Positions 47,813 to 55,343 of a DNA stretch of 55,343 nucleotides are shown piece after piece. Made by a program: the position numbers and the translations under genes. Source of the stretch: Pseudomonadota bacterium (GTDB lineage: Bacteria; Pseudomonadota; Alphaproteobacteria; MED-G09); the NCBI GenBank assembly GCA_036344135.1, contig JAYYUG010000057.1, forward strand, positions 1 through 55,343. Direction: 5' to 3'. The notes under the pieces are model-generated. The model was not told the DNA's origin. It searched no databases and saw nothing but the letters and a program-made list of their open reading frames with translations. How positions within the stretch are numbered: the first letter of the stretch is position 1; each line of letters opens with the position of its first letter.

Positions 47813-48023
47813 CTATACTAACAAATCTAGGTTTCCCCGACCCACTGCTACTGAATGCCTCACCCTGAAAGAGTTGTAGCTTTTTCATTGCTTCTTGCAT
47901 TGTTGCTGCAGGAATAATATTTTGCATAAGCTCTCCTTTTGAGTTAATCCAGTCTATAGTATATCTGTAGGTACGAACTATTGGATTCAATTGATTTTTT
48001 CTCCTTTTTTCTGTTTTAAACAT
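47787..48023 (-). CDS. Hypothetical 78-aa ORF upstream of the P450
   Basis: ORF only. It has no recognisable motif and no SD. It overlaps the longest P450 ORF by 26 nt. A 7-bp hairpin abuts its ATG. Confidence 0.3.
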   Translation of the reverse strand: MFKTEKRRKNQLNPIVRTYRYTIDWINSKGELMQNIIPAATMQEAMKKLQLFQGEAFSSSGSGKPRFVSIVESSNGNS

Positions 48024-48200
48024 TTTTTAATTTTGAGTTTCGGCGGGAAACTCAGGTAGCTATCAATTTATTGTTAAAAAAATCTCGACAAACTAACGTA
48101 ATCTCATAATGGAAGAAAAGTTTGACAAAAATATGGCAATTATAGAATGCAATCACCGTCTAACTTGAAAAATTCTTTTCAAAGAAAGAAATACAATAAA

Positions 48201-51200
48201 TTAAACTGGTGTTATTTCTTTGTTTATCCTTAGCTTAATTGCCTCTTTAGCACTGTTTAAGTTTTGTTTAATATCCTCTCCAATCAGCATTAAGCACGGG
48301 ACTAATATTAATGTTACTGGAGCACACAGCACAACACCAAAGGATAGGGAAATGACCGCAGGTTTAAGGAAGTTCGCCTGCACTGAGGGTTCGAACATAA
48401 TTGGCATTAAACCAATAAACGTAGTTATCGATGTAATTACTATTGGTCTAAATCTTATGACGCCAGCCTCAATTACTGATTCAAGAACATGCTTCCCACT
48501 TTTTCTGACCCTGTTGATATAATCAACCAAAACAAGGTTGTCGTTAATTACTACGCCACATGCCGCACCTATTCCCCAGTAAGAAATCATTGAGAGTCCT
48601 TTTCCAAACACAATATGCCCTATGATCGCTCCACAGAAACCAAATGGTAGGGCAGACAAAATCAAGATAGGTAAAAAGTAAGATCGGAATGCTATCGATA
48701 AAAGGGCAAACATAGCTAAAACAGCCACTAGCGCTAAGAAACCAATCTCGGCAAAAAAATCATCCTGTCCTTCTAATTCACCAGAAAATTCCCAAAAAAC
48801 TTCAGGATATTTTTCTTTCCAAGAAGGCAAGAAATTCGTATTTAAATCGGTTATTACTTGAGATTTTCCGTCTTCTATGGCGTAAGCACTAATAGTTGCA
48901 CTTTTTCTTCCGTCTGTTCTTTCTATTTTTGTAATACCAGGTGATTGTGATACACTTGCTAAGGACATAAAAGGAACTTCTCTTCCATCCGGAGTTCGTA
49001 TCCTAAATTTAGTTAGACTGTCCATTGATCTTCTTAATTTTTTTGGGTAATGGACCATCACTCGAACGTCTTCTCCATCACGAGGTAGTCTTTGGACTTC
49101 TTCGCCGTAATAGGCCTGTCGAAGCTGACGGGAGACTTCTGCCAAAGTAAGCCCTAGTTTTTCCGCATTAGGTTTTAGAGAAATTTGTAATTCTGTTATA
49201 GCGCTGTTAACGCTGCTATTGACATCATAAATGGCATCATAAGATCTAAGTTTTCCCATGAAATCTTCTACGGCAACTAAGAGCTGGTCGGAACTGCTTG
49301 TCGTAATGTTAAATGACATATCTGGCTCCGTACTGTTACGTCCAATTTGTGTCCCAATAGAAAAACTTTCCGCATCCGGAATTTGCCCAATATTCTTTCG
49401 GTAAACTGAAGCAACATCTTTTGTTGAGGCTTCTCTTATTGCGGGGTCATGGAGATTAATGAACACGGTCAAGGTGTTTTCTTCTAAAATTGTAATAATA
49501 CCTTTTATAGCGTTATCTTTGCCTTTGTAGAATTCTATTGTTTCATAGCCAGCTTGCTTTACCTGTTCGGCTACTTGTTCAGTTCTCCCAAAAGGTGAAC
49601 CAGATGGCAAAGCAATAGTGATTGTCATTTCATCATCTTCTACATTCGGAAGGAAGCTTCTACTCATGAATCCTGAAGAAGCTACTGTGTTAACAATTAT
49701 AAATAGGGCGAAGAAGCAAGCCACGGCCATATATCGTCTTCCGAGGGCTGATATTAAGACAGGCATATATCTTTTTTTTCCAAAATTTACTATGCCGTCT
49801 GCTAATTTTTTTTGTAATTTTGAAAATCGATTCTTTGCCTTGTAAGGTTTTAGGTTTGAAAGATGTGCAGGTAAAATAAAAAACGCTTCGATTAAAGAAA
49901 AGGAAAGGGCAAACAGGACAATGAGTGAGATATTCCTAACGAATTGTACTTGCCATCCAGAAAGAAATAACCAAGGAAGAAAAGCTATCATAGTAGTGAT
50001 AACGGCAAAAAAGACAGGTTTTGAAACTAGATAGGCGCCTGTGATTGCAGCATCCGTTCCTCTTCTTCCTCTCTCATACTCAAGATGTATATTCTCTCCA
50101 ACTATTACAGCATCATCGACAATAATTCCAATAACTAACAAAAAAGCAAAAAGGGAAATTACGTTTAAAGAAATATCAAAAGCTGGTAAAAATATAAGAG
50201 CACCTGTAAAAGCTGTTCCGATTCCCACCGAACACCAAACAGCTACTTGAGGTCTTAGAAAAGCCAAAAGAATGAAAAAAACTAGAATAAGACCACCATA
50301 AGCAGCTCTCAATATTAAAGACATTCTTCCTTTGTATAAGTCAGACATATCTGTCCACAAAATTAAGTTAATTCCCTCAGGTAATCTTGATTGTGCTTCT
50401 GGTATCCAATCTCTTACAGCTTTTGATGTTTTGACGACGTTCATATTGTCCGTGGACATAACCATTATTCCATGAGCTGGAATACTTTTTCCTGTTTCAA
50501 CATCTATAAAAAAATCTTTTCTATCTTTATCCTCAAAGCCATCGATAACTGTTGCTACATCCGATATTCTTATTTTCCCCCCATCTTCTGTTTGACGAAT
50601 TATGATTTTGTTAAAATCCTCTAGGTTGTCCCCTAGGTTTCTAGTGCTTAGTTGAAGGGTTCCATTTTCCCCTTTAATACTGCCAGAAGAAAGATTAATT
50701 GAGGACTTCCTGATGGCATTAGCTACTTGATCGAAATTTAATCCATATCTGCGCATGGCAGTTTCAGATAATTCAATAGAAATTTCCTCTTTCCTATTAC
50801 CAAGAACATTAACAACATCAACATGATCAAGAAGGGAAGCTTCGTCACGTAAAGATTGGGCGGTTTTTGTTAATAATTTTTCTGAAACATCCCCGTAGAT
50901 CGCTATCATCACAAGCGGAAAATCAAATGAGGCGTCACTAACCACTGGAGGTTCTACATCGCTAGGCAGTGAGACGATAGCATCAACCTCTCTCTTCACT
51001 TCCTGTAATAGATAATCAAGATTGTTACTCGTAAATGCTTGTACATAAATTGCTCCAAAGTTTTCTCTAGCAAAACCACTGATTTTATCGACACCTTCTA
51101 TATCTCTTAAAGATTCTTCAACTCTAACTAAAATTTGATCTTCGATTTCTCTAGGTGATGCTCCTGGCCAGGTATAGTGAATGGATACAACAGGGGGGCT

Positions 51201-51323
51201 AATTTTTGGAAAAACTTCTTGTTCGACTCTTGAAAAGGTTGCGATTCCAATAATAATAATGCTAACCATTAATAGATTTGCTGCTTTGGGGTTCCTTGCC
51301 CACCAGGAAATCATTTTATACAT
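48201..51323 (-). CDS. RND-family efflux transporter, inner-membrane permease (AcrB/HAE type)
   Basis: 1040 aa with the 12-TM, two-large-periplasmic-loop architecture. N-terminal ISWWARNPKAANLLM and the conserved TM4 segment GIIVDDAVIVGENI. Confidence 0.93.
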   Translation of the reverse strand: MYKMISWWARNPKAANLLMVSIIIIGIATFSRVEQEVFPKISPPVVSIHYTWPGASPREIEDQILVRVEESLRDIEGVDKISGFARENFGAIYVQAFTSNNLDYLLQEVKREVDAIVSLPSDVEPPVVSDASFDFPLVMIAIYGDVSEKLLTKTAQSLRDEASLLDHVDVVNVLGNRKEEISIELSETAMRRYGLNFDQVANAIRKSSINLSSGSIKGENGTLQLSTRNLGDNLEDFNKIIIRQTEDGGKIRISDVATVIDGFEDKDRKDFFIDVETGKSIPAHGIMVMSTDNMNVVKTSKAVRDWIPEAQSRLPEGINLILWTDMSDLYKGRMSLILRAAYGGLILVFFILLAFLRPQVAVWCSVGIGTAFTGALIFLPAFDISLNVISLFAFLLVIGIIVDDAVIVGENIHLEYERGRRGTDAAITGAYLVSKPVFFAVITTMIAFLPWLFLSGWQVQFVRNISLIVLFALSFSLIEAFFILPAHLSNLKPYKAKNRFSKLQKKLADGIVNFGKKRYMPVLISALGRRYMAVACFFALFIIVNTVASSGFMSRSFLPNVEDDEMTITIALPSGSPFGRTEQVAEQVKQAGYETIEFYKGKDNAIKGIITILEENTLTVFINLHDPAIREASTKDVASVYRKNIGQIPDAESFSIGTQIGRNSTEPDMSFNITTSSSDQLLVAVEDFMGKLRSYDAIYDVNSSVNSAITELQISLKPNAEKLGLTLAEVSRQLRQAYYGEEVQRLPRDGEDVRVMVHYPKKLRRSMDSLTKFRIRTPDGREVPFMSLASVSQSPGITKIERTDGRKSATISAYAIEDGKSQVITDLNTNFLPSWKEKYPEVFWEFSGELEGQDDFFAEIGFLALVAVLAMFALLSIAFRSYFLPILILSALPFGFCGAIIGHIVFGKGLSMISYWGIGAACGVVINDNLVLVDYINRVRKSGKHVLESVIEAGVIRFRPIVITSITTFIGLMPIMFEPSVQANFLKPAVISLSFGVVLCAPVTLILVPCLMLIGEDIKQNLNSAKEAIKLRINKEITPV

Positions 51324-51328
51324 AAGAT

Positions 51329-52507
51329 TTATTCTTTCTCATTTTTTTTCAGCACCATCGGGGTAAGTTGCATTCCCTCATATCCCGAATTCAAGGTAGA
51401 AACAATAATCCTCTCGTTAAGGTTTATTTCTCCTTTTACTATAACATTATCCTCGTCTGTTCCGACGACATCTATTTTTTTAATTTTCAATCTGTCATTT
51501 GCATCAATAACATAAATTGTGTTGTCATTTTTTAAAGATGAATTGGGAAGAATAAATCCTTCCTTGATCTTTTTTCCTTCAATCTCGGCATCTACATATG
51601 TCCCTATTGCTAGTGGAGGATCTTCTTCATAAGGATATAAAACTTCGGCATATGCATAAACAAGTCTCGTTTGACTATCAATGGATCCAGACGTTCGCGT
51701 GATTCTTCCTTCCCACTCAATATTTTTTCCGGAAACAAAAGATCTAAAGATAACTTTTGGACCCGCAAAGAAATTTTTTGCCTCATATCCTAGAGGTAGA
51801 TCGAGATAGGACAATTCGGTATCTGAAAGGGGCAGGGGGATAAGAACTTTTTCCGTAGAAAATGCTGAAGCTAACATTGAGCCAGCATTTACATATTGCC
51901 CTATTCCGGCATTCTTCCTTTTAATTACACCGTTAAAAGGTAGGGAAATAACCGTTCTTTCTAAATTGAGTTTTGCTCTCTCTAAATCCGCTTCTGCACC
52001 GTTCAAAGTTGCTTTGGCTTCTTCAAGTTGAGGAATTCTTAAAGTTAGTGGACTAGCCTCCCCTTGCCCAAGCTCTTCCCAGTCTTTTTTGGCTAATTCG
52101 CTTTCAGCAATTTCTCTTTCAAGTAATTTTTTTGCTTGTGCTACTCGTGACTCCGAGGAAATAACCGCCAATTTGTAATCACGGTCATCAATCCAAACAA
52201 GAGGTTGCCCCTTTTTAAAATTTCCTCCGTCAATAAATTCATCTGCTACAAGAATGATTTGCCCGCTCACCTGAGGAATGATATTTATTTCTGTTACCGA
52301 CCTTACTTCCCCATTGGTCAGTACTTTTAGGTTAAAGTCTTGTTGGTTAACTCTTTCAAAAAATACAGGAGTAGGTTTAGGGACTTCAATTCCTTTTTTA
52401 GGTTTCGGACTCAAAGAAGAAATTAGATAAGAAATTAACAGCCCTAACAAAATTATTAGTAAGGGAGCATAACGTGAATTAAAGATAGCTTTTAGCAGAA
52501 ATCTCAT
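51329..52507 (-). CDS. RND efflux periplasmic adaptor (membrane fusion protein, HlyD family)
   Basis: N-terminal anchor, coiled-coil hairpin (AQAKKLLEREIAESELAKKDWEEL...AEADLERAKLNLERT), then beta-barrel domains. It lies between the OMF and RND genes. Confidence 0.88.
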   Translation of the reverse strand: MRFLLKAIFNSRYAPLLIILLGLLISYLISSLSPKPKKGIEVPKPTPVFFERVNQQDFNLKVLTNGEVRSVTEINIIPQVSGQIILVADEFIDGGNFKKGQPLVWIDDRDYKLAVISSESRVAQAKKLLEREIAESELAKKDWEELGQGEASPLTLRIPQLEEAKATLNGAEADLERAKLNLERTVISLPFNGVIKRKNAGIGQYVNAGSMLASAFSTEKVLIPLPLSDTELSYLDLPLGYEAKNFFAGPKVIFRSFVSGKNIEWEGRITRTSGSIDSQTRLVYAYAEVLYPYEEDPPLAIGTYVDAEIEGKKIKEGFILPNSSLKNDNTIYVIDANDRLKIKKIDVVGTDEDNVIVKGEINLNERIIVSTLNSGYEGMQLTPMVLKKNEKE

Positions 52508-53922
52508 TAATATTTATTCTCTTCAAATAATGGCGAAGATATTGCCAGATGCAGCTTTATACGATTAGTTATCCTTAAAAGTCGAGAATTAATCAAAAGG
52601 CTTTCAGAAGACAATCTTCTTGATTGTGCATCAAGAAGCTCAAAAATTGTTGCTATTCCCCTGTTGTATTGATCAAAGGTTAATTTTTCTGCTGCCTTCG
52701 CTTCGTTGAAGGCGTTTGATAAGGCGCTCTCTCTTTCAAGTAAGATTTCTTCAGAATACAAAGAATCCTCAACTTCTTTAGCTGCGTTTAGTAGAGTTTT
52801 AGCATAATTTTCCAGAACGATTTTCATTTGTTGCTCAGAAATCTGTGTTTGGGCTATTCTCCTCCCTCCCTGAAAGATCGATTGTGTTAATGATCCAATT
52901 ATAGACCCAGCTAGCCGATCAGGATCAAAAGCATCAGACCAATTTCTTTCTAGAGTACTCCATTGTGCGGTCAGAGATAGACTCGGTAAAAATGCCAAAC
53001 GTGTTGCGGTCACCTCGAGTCCTGCCGCCTCAAGTTGTGCTTCAGCGCTAACGATATCAGGCCTATTAGAAAGAACATAATTTGGAGAGCCTATTTCAGG
53101 TCCGGGAGGTAAATTTGGAAGATCATTCGGTAATATATTTGCGCTTGGATATCTTCCAATAATAATTTCTAGATTTCTAGCTGATTCCTTAAGGGTTTGT
53201 TGTCTTAATATCAAGTCAGCCCTTCTAGACTCAGATTCGGAACGGGCAAGCCTCAAATCTCTGCTTTGAGCAATTCCCTTTTGATACCTATTTTCAACTT
53301 TCTTCAAGGTGCTTATCCGTGTTTGCAAATTTCTTTCTGCTAAATCGGTTTGCAATTTTGCTTCGGAAAACAAATACCAAGCTTGAGCTGTAAGACCAGC
53401 TATTGATAATCGAGCTGCATCATAATCTGCAAAAACTGATTTAACATTGACATAAGCGGCTTTAGATCTAGTCGAAAGGCGTCCCCAAACGTCAATTTCC
53501 CAATTAAGTTGAGCTACCAAGCTTTCCCTATAGGTAAAATTCCTATCCACATTTCCATTTATGTCTGAAATTGACGAGATTTGGTTTTTAGAAGCCCCAA
53601 TGGATATTGATGGTAGGATAGGGGCTAAAGAGGCCCCAGCATTTGCTTTTGCTATTTTTACATTTGCTGCGGCCAATCTCAGATCTCTATTATTTAGTAG
53701 GGCCTCATTTATTAATTGAGGAAGAGTTTCATCGTTAAAGGACTCTATCCAACCACGAACTTCATTTTTTCCATCATAAGGCGTAGCCCAATCTGAGGGA
53801 AGTTCAGGTAATTCCTTTAATGATTGATTCTTGTTTGAAGCACAACCAGTAGCTATTAAGCTTATAGAAATAATCAAAATTTTAAGATTTTTATTTAACA
53901 TTTTTAAAAATAAGATGATCAA
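52507..53922 (-). CDS. Efflux outer-membrane factor lipoprotein (NodT/OprM family)
   Basis: Lipobox LIATGCAS and two repeated TolC-type helical halves. It shares 1 nt with the adaptor gene. Confidence 0.88.
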   Translation of the reverse strand: MIILFLKMLNKNLKILIISISLIATGCASNKNQSLKELPELPSDWATPYDGKNEVRGWIESFNDETLPQLINEALLNNRDLRLAAANVKIAKANAGASLAPILPSISIGASKNQISSISDINGNVDRNFTYRESLVAQLNWEIDVWGRLSTRSKAAYVNVKSVFADYDAARLSIAGLTAQAWYLFSEAKLQTDLAERNLQTRISTLKKVENRYQKGIAQSRDLRLARSESESRRADLILRQQTLKESARNLEIIIGRYPSANILPNDLPNLPPGPEIGSPNYVLSNRPDIVSAEAQLEAAGLEVTATRLAFLPSLSLTAQWSTLERNWSDAFDPDRLAGSIIGSLTQSIFQGGRRIAQTQISEQQMKIVLENYAKTLLNAAKEVEDSLYSEEILLERESALSNAFNEAKAAEKLTFDQYNRGIATIFELLDAQSRRLSSESLLINSRLLRITNRIKLHLAISSPLFEENKY

Positions 53923-53950
53923 AAAGAATCAAAACTATTATACTATAATT

Positions 53951-55087
53951 TTATCTTTTTCTACTAAATCCTCTTACCTGTTTACCAGCTATAAAGTCAT
54001 TCATTAAAGCTGCGAGCTCCGGACCCACTTCTTCCTGAACAAAATGACCAGCCCCTTCTAATGTTACTACAGTTGGTTTGGGTATTCGATTCAAGAAGAC
54101 GTCTTTCATTCGAATAGTGACCCTCTCTTCACCGCCAAAAGCTACTAAAAAAGGCTTATCCCATTTCTCGTAAACATTAACCCAATATTCCTCGTTCTCT
54201 GAGAGTTGAGTTGGTATGAGATAGGGCCATACATGAGCGCCAGCTTTATATTCACCTGTTGGATAAGGAGCCTCATAAGCTCTTGCCTCCTCATCTGTAA
54301 GATCAATTCTTCCAAAAATTTCGATTATTCCAACAATATCCATATCTTCTGCATAATAAGAATGAGCTATCCATTTAGAAAACATTCTTGCCCCTTGTAA
54401 GGGAGTAGGATTCTCAATTGTTAAAGTTTCGTTTGATGCAGCTTTTAATTCTTCAAAAGTTATAGGGCCATGCCACCAAACAACAATCTTAACGAAGTGT
54501 TCAAAAAGCCAACCCCTAAAACCATCCCTTGCTACCATTCCGGTATTAGACACCACAACTCTTGCAAAACGATCAGGTAGTTCAGCCACAACCCTTAAAC
54601 CTACCAATCCTCCCCAATCTTGACCAAAGTGCGTAGCTTCTTTTAAGTCTAACCTTATTACAAGCTCCTTCATCACATCAATATGATGTTTGTAACTGTA
54701 GTTATGTTTAGAAATAAATTTATCAGATTTCCCAAATCCAACCATATCAGGAACAATTACTCGGTGTCCCGCTTCAGTTAAAACTGGGATCATTTTTCTG
54801 AATAAATAACTCCAAGTAGGTTCTCCATGAAATAAGATGATTGGGTCAGCGTCTTTTGGACCTTCATCAAGATAATGAATCCTTAAACCATCAATAATCA
54901 TATAGTTCGGCTCAAAAGGATAATCTATTAGATTTTCAAATCTACTATCTGGAGTTCTTAATACTCCAGATTGTATTTCTGAATTATTAACTTCGTGGTT
55001 ACTCCCCGCGTAAAGGCTTGAGGTAAATAAAATGATAACAATGAAAATTGTAAATATTTCAAAGGCTGGTAATATTTTTTTTATCAT
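53951..55087 (-). CDS. Haloalkane-dehalogenase-like alpha/beta hydrolase (HLD-I, DhlA-type motifs) with an N-terminal signal peptide/anchor
   Basis: HGEPTWSYLFRKMIP, nucleophile elbow GQDWGG and C-terminal GAGHFVQEE. RTPDSRFENLIDYPFEPNY matches the start of cytoplasmic DhlA-type enzymes. Here it is preceded by about 45 extra residues that include the hydrophobic segment FEIFTIFIVIILFTSSLYAGS. Confidence 0.85.
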   Translation of the reverse strand: MIKKILPAFEIFTIFIVIILFTSSLYAGSNHEVNNSEIQSGVLRTPDSRFENLIDYPFEPNYMIIDGLRIHYLDEGPKDADPIILFHGEPTWSYLFRKMIPVLTEAGHRVIVPDMVGFGKSDKFISKHNYSYKHHIDVMKELVIRLDLKEATHFGQDWGGLVGLRVVAELPDRFARVVVSNTGMVARDGFRGWLFEHFVKIVVWWHGPITFEELKAASNETLTIENPTPLQGARMFSKWIAHSYYAEDMDIVGIIEIFGRIDLTDEEARAYEAPYPTGEYKAGAHVWPYLIPTQLSENEEYWVNVYEKWDKPFLVAFGGEERVTIRMKDVFLNRIPKPTVVTLEGAGHFVQEEVGPELAALMNDFIAGKQVRGFSRKR

Positions 55088-55136
55088 AATTCCTCACCTC
55101 ACATTCTTTCATTTGGTTTATGGATGAATATGCACC

Positions 55137-55156
55137 TTTTTTAAAAAAAAAAAAAT
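55137..55156. repeat. Homopolymer tract T6A14 in the promoter region of the dehalogenase-RND operon
   Basis: Read directly: ...GCACC TTTTTT AAAAAAAAAAAAAA TAAGG, 50-70 nt upstream of the start codon at 55087. Confidence 0.9.
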
Positions 55157-55343
55157 AAGGAAATAGAAGAGATTCTTATATTTAATTTAAAAAAACACTT
55201 ATCAACAAAATAATAACTAAAAGAACCTAATAAAACGGGAAGAAGGAGTAGTGTTCATTAAAAAAAAATGCTTAACTTTGAAGCTTAAATAATGCAATGG
55301 GAAATATTTGAATGATTAAAAATATTAAAGAAATTGGACCTAA

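Noticed and set aside
48035-48053. Hairpin GAGTTTC-GGCGG-GAAACTC as the terminator of the RND operon
   Set aside because: In the minus-strand (transcript) orientation it is followed by an A-rich tract, not a U-rich one. In the plus orientation the T run precedes the stem. It may be a 5'-UTR structure, but it is not a canonical intrinsic terminator. The same reasoning applies to the AT-only hairpin TTGAAAA-ATTC-TTTTCAA at 48164-48181.
55312-55343. Possible start of a plus-strand gene (ATG ATT AAA AAT ATT AAA GAA ATT GGA CCT AA) at the window edge
   Set aside because: Only 10 codons are visible, and nothing can be concluded about its reality or identity.

Overview
This is an AT-rich, very tightly packed bacterial chromosomal segment. 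Most intergenic gaps are 0-100 nt, several genes overlap by 1-14 nt, and the largest non-coding stretch is about 400 nt at 19360-19757. The block murA-DUF2948-hisD-UPF0262-infA-yacG and the InfA sequence point to a streamlined, probably marine, alphaproteobacterium; this is an inference, not a database result. I support about 50 protein genes, 3 tRNAs (His partial, Phe, Thr), one clear intrinsic terminator, and two small genes missing from the ORF track (yacG and a 38-aa basic ORF coupled to murA). The content is housekeeping genes (metF-metH, hisD, murA, infA, moaA, rpoN, acs) mixed with small-molecule uptake and catabolism. That part includes MFS, GPH, SSS and DASS transporters, a Rieske oxygenase, two family-III CoA-transferases, two HSL-type esterases, a valine/isobutyrate-type CoA cluster, a P450, and an OMF-MFP-RND efflux operon headed by a signal-peptide-bearing haloalkane-dehalogenase-like hydrolase. 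I found no CRISPR array, integrase, transposase, phage gene, toxin-antitoxin pair or recognisable defence system, and I cannot point to a convincing novel multi-gene system. The most unusual direct observations are three substitution-type in-frame stop codons in otherwise intact conserved genes: one TGA in metH and two TAA in the DUF4212 small subunit of the Na+/solute symporter. Others are an AdhE-N/SucD-type acylating aldehyde dehydrogenase in the slot normally held by mmsA, the exported dehalogenase-like enzyme on the RND operon, and a self-contained, strongly signalled small membrane-protein cassette beside tRNA-Thr. All family calls rest on motif recognition by eye; no searches were run.
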